This document shows positions 18,607-28,667 of a stretch of DNA of 45,549 bases, piece after piece. The position numbers and the translations under genes were made by a program. Below the pieces are notes generated by a model. It saw only the letters and a program-made list of their open reading frames with translations, did not search any database and had not been told where the DNA came from. Position 1 is the stretch's first letter; each line of letters starts with the position of its first letter. This DNA comes from an uncultured Chitinophagales bacterium (GTDB lineage Bacteria > Bacteroidota > Bacteroidia > Chitinophagales > JADIYW01), in NCBI GenBank assembly GCA_964584555.1, contig CAZPBT010000002.1:1-45549 (forward strand). The letters are read 5' to 3'.

Positions 18607-19641
18607 ATGAGAAAAAAGTTACTTTGGATTGCCCTATTTTGTTGCTTCACCGGCTTATTTATATTTCTCTATTTTTATAAAGTTGCGTTTGCCGATAATG
18701 TAAATAATAGTTCCAAACAAAAATACCAGACTTTGCTGATACCAACAGGAGCTAATTTCGATGATGTACTCTATATTCTGAAATCAAATAAAGTACTGAA
18801 AAACAGCAATACATTTATTAAGGTGGCTAAAGCACTGAAATATGTTACGCATGTGAAACCCGGCAGATACTTATTATCCAATAGTGCGGGAAACTTTACG
18901 ATTGTAAGAAAACTGCGTGCAGGTGCACAAGATCCTGTAAAAATCGTATTTAACAATATACAGAATAAAGAACAATTAGCTGAAAACATTGCAAAACAAA
19001 TTGAAGCCAGTAAAAGTGATTTGCTTAAAGAGTTCAATAATCCTGTTTTGCTCGACTCCATGAATTTGACTGAAGATAATTTTCCAACCATCTTTTTAGC
19101 CAATACCTATGAATTTTACTGGAATACTTCTGCCAAAAAATTTGTAGAACGCATGCTGAAAGAGTATAACAAATTCTGGACTGACCGACGAAAAGAAAAA
19201 GCACAAGAGCTGGGCTTGTCACCCACAGAAGCCACCATTTTAGCCTCCATTGTCCAAAAAGAATCAAATCATTATGATGAATACCCGGAAATTGCTGGAG
19301 TATATATCAATCGTTTGCATCAAAACTGGCCTTTGCAGGCAGACCCTACCGTTATGTATGCACTCAATAAACTGGGTATCAGAAGACGTGTGTACTATGC
19401 TGATTTAAAAATACAATCACCTTATAATACTTATATCAATAAAGGCTTGCCTCCCGGTCCCATTTGTCTGCCTGAACGCAAGAGCATAGAAGAGACACTT
19501 GATGCGAATGACAGCAAATATATGTATTTTTGTGCAAAAGAGGATTTTTCCGGATATCATGTGTTTGCTGAAACACTGGAACAACATGAAGAAAATGCCA
19601 AGCGTTATCAGCAGGCGCTGAATGAAAAAAAAGTAAAATAA
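18607..19641 (+). CDS. mltG: Endolytic murein transglycosylase MltG (YceG-like)
   Basis: 344 aa with an N-terminal TM anchor and a YceG-like core carrying catalytic-region ASIVQKE and YNTYINKGLPPGPI. Confidence 0.87.
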   Translation: MRKKLLWIALFCCFTGLFIFLYFYKVAFADNVNNSSKQKYQTLLIPTGANFDDVLYILKSNKVLKNSNTFIKVAKALKYVTHVKPGRYLLSNSAGNFTIVRKLRAGAQDPVKIVFNNIQNKEQLAENIAKQIEASKSDLLKEFNNPVLLDSMNLTEDNFPTIFLANTYEFYWNTSAKKFVERMLKEYNKFWTDRRKEKAQELGLSPTEATILASIVQKESNHYDEYPEIAGVYINRLHQNWPLQADPTVMYALNKLGIRRRVYYADLKIQSPYNTYINKGLPPGPICLPERKSIEETLDANDSKYMYFCAKEDFSGYHVFAETLEQHEENAKRYQQALNEKKVK

Positions 19642-20099
19642 TGTTTGAAGAAACCATACAATTGCGTGTTCGCTACCACGACTGTGATCCCTTAGGGATA
19701 GTCTATCACGGGCATTATGCCAAATTTTTTGAAATTGGACGAACAGAAGCCATGCGCAAACACGGATTTTCTTATAAGCAATTGGAAGAAGAGGGCTATG
19801 CTATGCCGGTTGTGGAAATGAATATCAAATATTTCCGTCCGGCCCGGTATGATGAGCTGATGAATATCAAGACGATTATAGCTGATTTTCCGGAAAAAAA
19901 TATGGTTTTTCATTCAGAAATATATAATCAGGAGAACCAATTGCTCACTTCAAGCGAAACAACATTCGTGTTTGTAAAAAAAGAATCGTTGCGCAGATGT
20001 CATGTGCCACATATTGTCATTGACCATTTGAAACCCTATTTTGAAGAGGAATTGAAAGCGATGAAAAAATCAAAAGCACCCAAAAAGCATACGCTTTGA
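19641..20099 (+). CDS. Acyl-CoA thioesterase, 4HBT/YbgC family
   Basis: 152 aa with the hotdog-fold signature VRYHDCDPLGIVYHGHYAKFFE. Its start overlaps the mltG stop (TAATG). Confidence 0.8.
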   Translation: MFEETIQLRVRYHDCDPLGIVYHGHYAKFFEIGRTEAMRKHGFSYKQLEEEGYAMPVVEMNIKYFRPARYDELMNIKTIIADFPEKNMVFHSEIYNQENQLLTSSETTFVFVKKESLRRCHVPHIVIDHLKPYFEEELKAMKKSKAPKKHTL

Positions 20100-20107
20100 G
20101 TCTAAGC

Positions 20108-20641
20108 TTATTGTCCGTAAGTGATTTTTAAAGTAACATAACAATTTACCGTTTTACCGCTTTGTTTTGCCGGAGTCCATGTTGGCATATCGTAGATGAG
20201 CCATCGGGTATAAGCATCAAACTTAGCGTTAGTTGTTTTTATAACCACAGGGTCTTGAGTTATGCCAGTGGTATTTACATAAAACTTTACTTCCACATTC
20301 GCTTTGTCGCTTGTCAGTGAATCTGGTATATTGAGCTTGTAGCCTTGTATATAATCGTTGAGACCTGCGGTGCCATTAGGAAATGCCGGCAGTTCGTCGG
20401 CATAATCCAGAATTTTAGTCTGTTCTTCACTTACCGTGGAACTGTCATTTTTTGCCTCATCATTAAGATTGTATAAAAATGGGTATTTCATCGAATCTTG
20501 CCTGCGCATATCCTGCATCATTTTATCTACATCGCCGCCATATTTTGAATACAGAATATCATTTTGAGGAGCTGCTTTTTTGGGTGGTTTAAAGCTGCAA
20601 AGCAAAATGAGGGTAAAAAAAGATAGCGTAAAAGTTTTCAT
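20108..20641 (-). CDS. Secreted protein with a TonB C-terminal-like domain
   Basis: 177 aa with a signal peptide. The C-terminal ELPAFPNGTAGLNDYI...VEVKFYVNTTGITQDPVVI...MPTWTPAKQSGKTV fits the TonB_C pattern (FPGG...G.V.v.F.v...G...W.PG..gGk.V). Confidence 0.55.
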   Translation of the reverse strand: MKTFTLSFFTLILLCSFKPPKKAAPQNDILYSKYGGDVDKMMQDMRRQDSMKYPFLYNLNDEAKNDSSTVSEEQTKILDYADELPAFPNGTAGLNDYIQGYKLNIPDSLTSDKANVEVKFYVNTTGITQDPVVIKTTNAKFDAYTRWLIYDMPTWTPAKQSGKTVNCYVTLKITYGQ

Positions 20642-20746
20642 ACTTAAATATACACAAAAATCAGGCTAAAAAACAAAGAAGTGAAGGTTGATGAAAGCTA
20701 AAAATGGGGAATTAAATAAAATTTGTTTTATCAATGTAAATATCCC

Positions 20747-21055
20747 TCACAAAGTTTCGCATATCATTAGATCCACTTCTTGTTTATAAGCCTTTTTGCG
20801 AAGCTCGTTGAGAGCATTGAAATCGTCGCTCGCCATCATCTCTTTTATGGCTTGCGCAGAAGGAAATTCAAATACAGCAATAGCTTTAATACCTCCTTGC
20901 CCCATAATTTGTTCTGTTGTTTTCCATCGCTGCATTCCACTACCACCAAATTTGGTAAAAATGACAATTATTTGAGACAGGTATGACTGAAAACTTTGCA
21001 TGTCATCTCCATTAGGTATTGCGTTTACAATTAAAAATGTTTTGTTGCTTGTCAT
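20747..21055 (-). CDS. DUF1330 domain protein
   Basis: 102 aa. The size and AVFEFPSAQAIKEMMASDDF...LRKKA segment resemble DUF1330 (dimeric alpha-beta barrel) proteins. Confidence 0.6.
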   Translation of the reverse strand: MTSNKTFLIVNAIPNGDDMQSFQSYLSQIIVIFTKFGGSGMQRWKTTEQIMGQGGIKAIAVFEFPSAQAIKEMMASDDFNALNELRKKAYKQEVDLMICETL

Positions 21056-21202
21056 GGTGTATAATTAATTTGCACTTTAAAATAAATTAAAAAAAATACA
21101 ATATTGAGTCTTTGATAGTTAGTTGAAATTCTATGGTTTGACTAAAATAACAAAGAATCACAGAAAATGTAATTTTAGAATATTAAAATATATCAACTAA
21201 TC

Positions 21203-22030
21203 TTATTTTGTTTTGTTTAATGCCCAGATGATAGCTTTTTCTTTTGTAGCCCTGAAAATGGTGGTATGTTTTTCTTTGGGTTCATTTGAAAATTTCCACT
21301 GTATGCTGGCCTTATTTTCTGTTTTAAAAATTTCAGCTAATTCCTTTGTATACGGCGAAATATCCTCAGCATTTGAACTGGCAAACCAAATTCTTTTTGC
21401 TGAAGTTGGGAAATTAGATAAGTGTTCTTTAGCTGTTCTTACTAAATAATGATTATTCCACCATAGCGATGGATCAAATGCGATGTAATTGTCAAACATT
21501 TCCGGTGTGAGGAAAAAGGTTTCCATAACAAAAAGTCCTGATGCAGATTCTCCAATAATACTTTTTTCGTTTGTAGTTCTGTATCGTTTAATGATTTCGG
21601 GAAAAAGTTCGTCTTTAATAAAAGCTCTGAATTTGTCAGAGCCACCAACAACAGGTGCAATTTCTTTGTCTTTCGCTACTTCTGTAAATCCTGTCAAGTC
21701 CCTTCTTCGTTGAGTATTTTCTATACCCACGAGAATTAAAGGTTTAATTTTGTTTTCGCTGATAAGTTTAGACAAGGTATTGGCAATGTGAGGAAAGTCT
21801 TCTTTAATGCCACCGTCTGCCATATACATCACAGGCAAGGAGTCAGTCATCGTTTTATAATTTTCCGGTGTCCAAACATTGATTACTCGCTCTTCTCCAA
21901 CTTGTTTAGATTGGATGGTAAAAGTTTCGTGATCAGGAATTTTGTCTTTAGGTTGTGATGCATTTGAACAACTTGTCAGCAAAACAAGTATAAGAAGTAA
22001 TTTGGAATAAATGCAACGCATAATTTTCAT
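21203..22030 (-). CDS. Alpha/beta-hydrolase esterase (putative-esterase/IroE-like family), lipoprotein
   Basis: 275 aa with lipobox LLTSC and nucleophile elbow GESASGL. The overall layout is like esterase D or siderophore-esterase family members. Confidence 0.65.
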   Translation of the reverse strand: MKIMRCIYSKLLLILVLLTSCSNASQPKDKIPDHETFTIQSKQVGEERVINVWTPENYKTMTDSLPVMYMADGGIKEDFPHIANTLSKLISENKIKPLILVGIENTQRRRDLTGFTEVAKDKEIAPVVGGSDKFRAFIKDELFPEIIKRYRTTNEKSIIGESASGLFVMETFFLTPEMFDNYIAFDPSLWWNNHYLVRTAKEHLSNFPTSAKRIWFASSNAEDISPYTKELAEIFKTENKASIQWKFSNEPKEKHTTIFRATKEKAIIWALNKTK

Positions 22031-22206
22031 TGATTGAAGTTGTGTGATTTGTTATCATTAGAACTCGTGAAAGCAACTAAGATACATTCAATTTTTGTAT
22101 AAAACTAATCGTTTATGTAAATTATGATATAAAAAAATATTAAAACTATATAAATACTACCCAGCTTTAAGTGTTAAGTGCATTTTTTTTGAGGATAAAA
22201 CACTTC

Positions 22207-23451
22207 TTATGTTTTCTGTGGTTTTTTCTTGGCTGCCGGAAACAAAATATTGTTCAATATCAGTCTGTAGCCCGGTGAATTTGGATGTAAATTCAAATCG
22301 GTTGGTGGGTCGCCAACACGGTGCTGATAGTCTTCCGGGTCGTGGCCTCCGTAAAATGTCCAGGTGCCTTTTCCTAAAATGCCATGTATATATTTTGCCT
22401 CACTGATAGATTTGTTTTCACCCATTACTAACACATCCGGCTTAATCAGCATTTTCTTGAATCCTGTAGTTTGCCCCATAAAACCTTTTATCACGCGCTC
22501 GTGGTCTTGAGTAAGCATGGCAGGTATTTGATCCCATTTTGCCGAGTAGTCAAATAAGGTAAAATAATCAGGCTCCATCGTATTGGCTCTGGAGTCGATG
22601 GTGGAAAATTCATACTCCCATGGATTGGTACTGATTTGAAAGTTCTGAAAGGCAAAGGTTTGTGAAAAATCAAGTTTACTTTGCGCATACGGGTCTATGG
22701 CATCATGGTCAAATTGTTGGGTACAAATATCCACTCCGGCCGCTGCCAGTGCAATATCATAGCTGTCTGTGGCACTACACATGGCAAACATAAAACCACC
22801 ACCCATCACAAAATCTTTTATTTTCTGTGCAACTGCTAATTTTTCCAGCGATACTTTGTTATAGCCCAATTTTGCAGCTCGGGTTTCATAGTCATTAACC
22901 TGATTTCTGTACCAGTCTGCATTTTGATAGGCTGACCAGAATTTTCCGTATTGCCCGGTAAAATCTTCATGGTGCAAATGCAACCAATCATACAGATGCA
23001 ACTCATCCTGCAAAATTTCTTCATCATAAATTACTTTGTATGGAATTTCTGCATAAGTCAATACCATTGTAACGGCATCATCCCAGGGATTATTTGTTTT
23101 GGGTGAATAAACGGCAACTTTAGGTGCTTTTTCGAGTTTCACATCATCCATATTTACTTCCGGCTGTGCAATATCCTGCAATATTTTACTCATGGCAGCA
23201 TCTGCTATCACTTCATACTTTACATTGCGGATGAGGCATTCTTTTTCAAAATCTTTTTGGTAGGGAAATGCAAAACTTCCACCTCGGTAATTGAGCAACC
23301 AATCGGCGCTAGTACCTTTGGTAAGCACCCAATACGTAATGCCATATGCCTTAAGATGGTTCGTTTGAGTTTCATCCATCGGCAATAAAATAAAAGAGGC
23401 TTTTGCTGTAAGAGCAAAATAAAAAAAAAGGCTGATTATTGCTTTTCGCAT
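22207..23451 (-). CDS. Conserved secreted protein of unknown function
   Basis: 414 aa with a signal peptide (ISLFFYFALTAKA). No catalytic motif is recognised. I recall similar Bacteroidota proteins carrying a dubious asparagine synthetase B label, but I cannot verify that. Confidence 0.6.
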   Translation of the reverse strand: MRKAIISLFFYFALTAKASFILLPMDETQTNHLKAYGITYWVLTKGTSADWLLNYRGGSFAFPYQKDFEKECLIRNVKYEVIADAAMSKILQDIAQPEVNMDDVKLEKAPKVAVYSPKTNNPWDDAVTMVLTYAEIPYKVIYDEEILQDELHLYDWLHLHHEDFTGQYGKFWSAYQNADWYRNQVNDYETRAAKLGYNKVSLEKLAVAQKIKDFVMGGGFMFAMCSATDSYDIALAAAGVDICTQQFDHDAIDPYAQSKLDFSQTFAFQNFQISTNPWEYEFSTIDSRANTMEPDYFTLFDYSAKWDQIPAMLTQDHERVIKGFMGQTTGFKKMLIKPDVLVMGENKSISEAKYIHGILGKGTWTFYGGHDPEDYQHRVGDPPTDLNLHPNSPGYRLILNNILFPAAKKKPQKT

Positions 23452-23578
23452 TGCATCAAATATACATCAAATTTGATTCCGAGTTTTGTTGTCTTTTGTT
23501 AAATTAGAAAAATGTGCTTCACTAAGTTTGCTATACCTTGACATATAAAAAATAGTTTATCTTTATCAAAACGAACTT

Positions 23579-25312
23579 ATGGCGAATTTATTCAGAAAAA
23601 AGTCAATTCAATCCATTCTGAAAGAAACTAAAGCTTATCCGGATATGATGCACGAGGCCGGTATTTCGCTGGATGAACAGGCACAGATGCTGAATAAATC
23701 GCTGACTACTTTTGATTTGACAGCTTTGGGAATTGCTGCCATAATAGGAGCGGGCATCTTCTCTACCATCGGCAATGCCTGTTTCGATGGCGGTCCGGCT
23801 GTGGTGTTTTTATTTATCGGTATTGCCATCGCTTGTGGTTTCTCTGCTTTATGTTATGCTGAGTTCGCTTCGCGTATTCCTATTGCAGGCAGTGCTTATA
23901 CCTATTCCTATGCAGTTTTTGGCGAACTCATAGCCTGGATTATTGGTTGGGATTTGTTACTGGAATATGCCATTGGCAATATCACGGTGGCTATTTCATG
24001 GTCGGGCAATTTTACTGCTTTTCTGCACCAGTGTGGCATAGATTTACCTAAGTATTTAGTGACCAGTTTTTTTGAGGCGAAAAAATTTATGCCTGATTTA
24101 TACGCATCTGCACCTAAAATTTTAGGCATACCGTTCATTATCAATATACCGGCATTTATTATCAATTTATTCATTACAGCCTTAGTTTATGTAGGTATAA
24201 AAGAGTCTAAAAATTTTGCCAATGGCATGGTGATTTTTAAAATAGCCGTCATTATAGTTATTATTGTTGTCGGTGCGTTTTATATTACGCCTGCACACTG
24301 GTCTCCATTTGTACCTAACGGATTTGGCGGTGTGCTGAAAGGAGTATCAGCTGTGTTTTTTGCCTACATCGGATTTGATGCGATTTCTACAACCGCCGAA
24401 GAATGCAAAAATCCACAAAGGGATTTGCCGAAGGGGATGTTCAACTCATTAATCTTATCTACAATCTTGTATGTTGCTGTGGCCTTGGTGTTGACGGGGA
24501 TGGTACATTATACCCAACTAAAAAATGAAGCTTTTCTGGCTAATGCATTTATACAAAAGGGCATAAACTGGATGGGCGGCATCATTGCATTTAGTGCTCT
24601 GATTGCAACAGCCAGTGTGATGCTGGTTTTCCAAATCGGACAGCCGCGTATCTGGATGAGCATGAGCCGTGACGGTTTGCTGCCAAAGAAATTTGCAGAA
24701 ATTCATCCAAAATTTAAAACTCCATCTTTTTCTACTATTGTAACGGGACTAATCGTAGGCATTCCATCCTTATTTTTAGATTCGTCTTTAGTAACAGATA
24801 TGTGCAGTATCGGTACTTTATTTGCCTTTATTTTGGTTTGTGGAGGTATTATTATTTTAGAGCAAAAAGAAAAAAAACAAGTTGAGTTAAGCACCAAGAC
24901 AGGGACATTAGATGAGGATTTATTATCTGAATCTGCAGCTCCTATGACTCCCAAGTTTAAAGTACCCTATATTAACGGCAAATGGATAATTGCAGGATTA
25001 ACTTTGGCAGTATTTGCTGCTATCTTCTCTAATACTTCCTTAATGCATAGCATTTTTCCTGTTGAAGAAGGTTTTGATGTATGGAAACACCAGATACCAC
25101 TTTGGTTATTTCTTCTGGTATTAATTTATACAGCTTATAAAACATTTACAGAGAACTGGTCACTGATTCCGGTACTCGGCTTTTTATCTTGCGGGTATTT
25201 GGTTTCTACGCTTGGAATTGCTAATTGGTTGCGCTTTTTTATCTGGATGGCCATCGGACTGATTTGTTATTTTATTTATGGTGTAAACCACAGTAAATTG
25301 AGAAATCAGTAA
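23579..25312 (+). CDS. APC-superfamily amino acid permease (cationic amino acid transporter-like)
   Basis: 577 aa with about 12-14 TM helices, the N-terminal signature GIAAIIGAGIFSTIG and AYIGFDAISTTAEECKNPQRDLP typical of the APC/CAT family. Confidence 0.9.
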   Translation: MANLFRKKSIQSILKETKAYPDMMHEAGISLDEQAQMLNKSLTTFDLTALGIAAIIGAGIFSTIGNACFDGGPAVVFLFIGIAIACGFSALCYAEFASRIPIAGSAYTYSYAVFGELIAWIIGWDLLLEYAIGNITVAISWSGNFTAFLHQCGIDLPKYLVTSFFEAKKFMPDLYASAPKILGIPFIINIPAFIINLFITALVYVGIKESKNFANGMVIFKIAVIIVIIVVGAFYITPAHWSPFVPNGFGGVLKGVSAVFFAYIGFDAISTTAEECKNPQRDLPKGMFNSLILSTILYVAVALVLTGMVHYTQLKNEAFLANAFIQKGINWMGGIIAFSALIATASVMLVFQIGQPRIWMSMSRDGLLPKKFAEIHPKFKTPSFSTIVTGLIVGIPSLFLDSSLVTDMCSIGTLFAFILVCGGIIILEQKEKKQVELSTKTGTLDEDLLSESAAPMTPKFKVPYINGKWIIAGLTLAVFAAIFSNTSLMHSIFPVEEGFDVWKHQIPLWLFLLVLIYTAYKTFTENWSLIPVLGFLSCGYLVSTLGIANWLRFFIWMAIGLICYFIYGVNHSKLRNQ

Positions 25313-25393
25313 TTTTTAAGAATTTTTTCACAAATAAACCTCATATATTAGCGTTGCTTTACATTTGAAGCTAACCAACTAAACACACAACCA

Positions 25394-25882
25394 ATGAGAA
25401 AAACATTTTTTATGCTGGCAATTATGATTTCAGCTTTTTCCAAAGCCGGAAACATGTTTACCGTAACTAACAATGAACTCGTTTTACCCAATGTAATAGG
25501 CTTTGATGCACATGCTTATGATGTGAAAAGTGAAAATGATCCTATGCTGGATTATGTGGCGGAATACTTACTGGAGCATCCCAATGTTACGAAATTTGTG
25601 ATAGAAGGACATGCATTTACCGAAAAAAATGCTTCAGATAATATGAAATTAAGTTTACAAAGAGCCGCTATGGTTAGCTACTATCTGACAGAGAGAGGAG
25701 TTTCCTGTGACCGACTTGCCGTGATTGCTTATGGTGAAAATAAACCAATTGCGCCAACTGATGAATGTAATTTATTAGTAAATACACGCATCAACTTTAT
25801 TAATTTAGAGTTTAACAATAAACCGGTTCAAAACTACCATCCTGATCCTGTAAGTACTAAAGAATTTAATCCTTGTGATTAA
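25394..25882 (+). CDS. OmpA-family (OmpA C-terminal-like) protein
   Basis: 162 aa with a signal peptide and the OmpA_C pattern VIEGHAFTEKNASDNMKLSLQRAAMVSYYLTERGVSCDRLAVIAYGENKP. Confidence 0.8.
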   Translation: MRKTFFMLAIMISAFSKAGNMFTVTNNELVLPNVIGFDAHAYDVKSENDPMLDYVAEYLLEHPNVTKFVIEGHAFTEKNASDNMKLSLQRAAMVSYYLTERGVSCDRLAVIAYGENKPIAPTDECNLLVNTRINFINLEFNNKPVQNYHPDPVSTKEFNPCD

Positions 25883-25973
25883 GACAAGCTATGTAATTGA
25901 TTTATTTTTAGGTGCTTATACGCATGTTTGTTATGGTTAAGTAATTTTAACACGACCTCAAGTTTATTTATTG

Positions 25974-25981
25974 TATCTTTG
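25974..25981 (+). promoter_or_regulatory. Bacteroidota -7 promoter box (TATCTTTG)
   Basis: A perfect TAnnTTTG match ending 5 nt before the ATG at 25987, which implies an essentially leaderless mRNA. Confidence 0.4.
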
Positions 25982-25986
25982 CAAAA

Positions 25987-26259
25987 ATGAAAAGACTTCT
26001 TCTTTCCATATTATTCATTACTATTCTGACTGTATCATTTGTTGCAGACAATTTAAGTTTGGCTTGCAATATGTCAATGATAGAAGAAGTGGAAGAAAAA
26101 CCGGAAAAGAAAGTTTTTTCTTATGATTGTCAATATCTTTTCGAAATTCAGACCAGTCATGGTCACATTTTGGTATCATCGCCTTTTGCATTTTATTCAT
26201 TTTCAGTAAATGAAAATCTGCTTGTCAATTTGCTTAGTCCGCCACCTGAACAAGCTTAA
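25987..26259 (+). CDS. Small hypothetical secreted/membrane protein
   Basis: 90 aa with an N-terminal signal or TM segment (LLLSILFITILTVSFVA), an acidic stretch EEVEEKPEKK and a strong promoter box immediately upstream. No family is recognised. Confidence 0.5.
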   Translation: MKRLLLSILFITILTVSFVADNLSLACNMSMIEEVEEKPEKKVFSYDCQYLFEIQTSHGHILVSSPFAFYSFSVNENLLVNLLSPPPEQA

Positions 26260-26330
26260 ATCTACTTTTTTTCTAATATCTCCATTCTGGCTTCCATAAG
26301 AAGCAAATTTTTAATTATTAATTTTAATTT

Positions 26331-27953
26331 ATGTCAAAATATTTAAAGTCTTTTAAGAAAGACATATCGTCTGGTATTGTCGTTTTTTTAGTGGCATTGC
26401 CACTGTGTTTAGGAATAGCACTTGCATCAGGTGCTCCGTTTTTTTCAGGTATGATAGCCGGTATTGTCGGTGGAATCGTAATTGGTGCATTAAGTAATTC
26501 ACATTTAAGCGTAAGTGGTCCGGCAGCAGGTTTGGCAGCATTAGTTTTGTCTTCTATTACTAAACTGGGCGCATTCGAAACTTTTTTGCTAGCAGTAGTG
26601 CTAGCAGGAGTTTTTCAGGTAGTATTGGGTTTTTTAAAAGCCGGTACCATCAGTAATTATTTTCCGAATAGTGTGATAAAAGGCATGCTGACAGCGATCG
26701 GTATTATCATTATTCTTAAACAATTACCCCATGCATTTGGTTATGATGAAGATTATGAAGGTGATTTATCCTTTATTCAAGTGAATGGTGAAAACAGTTT
26801 TTCTGCATTGATTAATTCGCTACAGCATGTACATCTTGGTGCTATATTAATTACAATTATTGCCATTATTATTATGCTCGCTTGGGAAAAGCCGTTTATC
26901 AAAAATAAACTCGGCTTTATTCCGGGTGGTTTGGTTGCTGTTGTTACAAGTATTCTGCTGAACAAAATCTTTATTTCGGTAATGCCAAATTTAGCCTTAA
27001 GTGGCAGTCATTTGGTCAATATACCCATACCGCAAAACGTAAGTGAATTTTTTAGTTTCTTTACTTTCCCTGATTTTTCTAAAATAACTAATCCTGATGT
27101 TTGGATTACAGCACTGACAATAACGGTAATAGCATCATTAGAAACCTTATTAAGTATAGAAGCTGTAGACAGATTAGACCCACATAAACGCATAACCAAT
27201 ACCAACCGCGAATTAAAAGCGCAAGGTGTAGGTAATTTAATTTCAGGACTAATAGGAGGGCTACCAATCACAAGTGTAATTGTAAGAAGCTCTGCAAATG
27301 TCAACTCTGGAGCTGCATCTAAGATGTCTGCAATATTTCATGGTTTTTTGCTATTAATTGTTGTTGTACTAATTCCGGGTGTCATTAATCTTATTCCATT
27401 GGCCTCATTAGCTGCGATATTATTATTAACAGGCTATAAACTGGCAAAAATATCTATTTTCAAAGAGATGTATGCCAACGGTAAATACCAATGGTGGCCA
27501 TTTATTATTACTGTCGTTGCTACTGTGTTTACTAAAGATTTATTGGAGGGAGTAGGTATCGGAATTGTCGTGAGTATCTTTGCAATTCTTAGAGGTAATA
27601 TGAAACATGCCTACTATTTTCATAAAGAAAAATACCACTCCGGAGATGTCATTCGTATAAAACTGGCGGAAGAGGTTTCCTTTTTAAATAAAGCCAGTAT
27701 AAAACAAACCCTTAATCACTTACCGGAAAATGCAACTGTAGTGATAGATGCACAAAATACTACGTATATTGATTTTGATATATTGGAAATGATTAAAGAA
27801 TTCAGAGACGTTCAGGCTAAAGAGAAAAATATGAATGTTTCATTGCTTAACTTTAAAGAAGTTTACAATATTGAAGATGACGACGATTATGTAACCTCCG
27901 TAGATGAAAATTCAAGACTTCGCAAAGAGAGTTTTGATCCTGTTAATATTTAA
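26331..27953 (+). CDS. SulP-family inorganic anion transporter with C-terminal STAS domain
   Basis: 540 aa with an N-terminal VALPLCLGIALASGAP motif, a multi-TM core and a C-terminal STAS-like domain (VIRIKLAEEVSFLNKASIKQTL...VVIDA). Confidence 0.9.
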   Translation: MSKYLKSFKKDISSGIVVFLVALPLCLGIALASGAPFFSGMIAGIVGGIVIGALSNSHLSVSGPAAGLAALVLSSITKLGAFETFLLAVVLAGVFQVVLGFLKAGTISNYFPNSVIKGMLTAIGIIIILKQLPHAFGYDEDYEGDLSFIQVNGENSFSALINSLQHVHLGAILITIIAIIIMLAWEKPFIKNKLGFIPGGLVAVVTSILLNKIFISVMPNLALSGSHLVNIPIPQNVSEFFSFFTFPDFSKITNPDVWITALTITVIASLETLLSIEAVDRLDPHKRITNTNRELKAQGVGNLISGLIGGLPITSVIVRSSANVNSGAASKMSAIFHGFLLLIVVVLIPGVINLIPLASLAAILLLTGYKLAKISIFKEMYANGKYQWWPFIITVVATVFTKDLLEGVGIGIVVSIFAILRGNMKHAYYFHKEKYHSGDVIRIKLAEEVSFLNKASIKQTLNHLPENATVVIDAQNTTYIDFDILEMIKEFRDVQAKEKNMNVSLLNFKEVYNIEDDDDYVTSVDENSRLRKESFDPVNI

Positions 27954-27982
27954 ATAATTAATAAAATAATAAATAAAAATAT

Positions 27983-28666
27983 ATGAAAACAATTACAGCA
28001 GATTTGCAAAAAAACATTACGCCAAGATTAGCACTTGAACTATTACAACAAGGCAACTCTCGCTTTGTATCGAATTTGAAAGCCAATAGAAATTTATTGG
28101 AACAGGTAAATGCCACCAGCGACGGACAATGGCCATTTGCCATCGTACTCAGTTGTATTGATAGTCGTACTTCAGCAGAGCTTATATTTGATCAAGGTTT
28201 GGGCGACATTTTTTCAGTACGTATAGCCGGAAATATTATCAACACAGACATTATCGGCAGCATGGAGTTTGCCTGTAAGGTTGCCGGCTCAAAACTCGTT
28301 GTGGTATTGGGGCATACGAAATGCGGTGCCGTAAAAGGTGCTTGCGACCACGTGGAAATGGGAAATCTCACTGAGTTGTTATCTAAATTACAACCCGCTG
28401 TTTATGCAGAAAAATTGACGAAAGAAAATAGAGATTCTTCCAATTACCAGTTTGTAGAAAATGTGGCGGAGATAAATGTAAAACGCAATGTGAAAAGTAT
28501 TATTGAACGCAGTTTTATCTTAGAACAAATGGTAGAAAATGGAGAAATCGGTGTGGTGGGAGCCATGTATAACATAGATACGGGTGCAGTAGAATTTTAT
28601 GATGATGTGGCATATATTCGAGATAGTAAGAATCCTAATTTCTCTGTGGCCGAACTAAGACATTAA
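27983..28666 (+). CDS. Beta-class carbonic anhydrase
   Basis: 227 aa with zinc-ligand motifs SCIDSR and GHTKCGAV, 29 nt downstream of the SulP gene. Confidence 0.9.
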   Translation: MKTITADLQKNITPRLALELLQQGNSRFVSNLKANRNLLEQVNATSDGQWPFAIVLSCIDSRTSAELIFDQGLGDIFSVRIAGNIINTDIIGSMEFACKVAGSKLVVVLGHTKCGAVKGACDHVEMGNLTELLSKLQPAVYAEKLTKENRDSSNYQFVENVAEINVKRNVKSIIERSFILEQMVENGEIGVVGAMYNIDTGAVEFYDDVAYIRDSKNPNFSVAELRH

Positions 28667-28667
28667 T

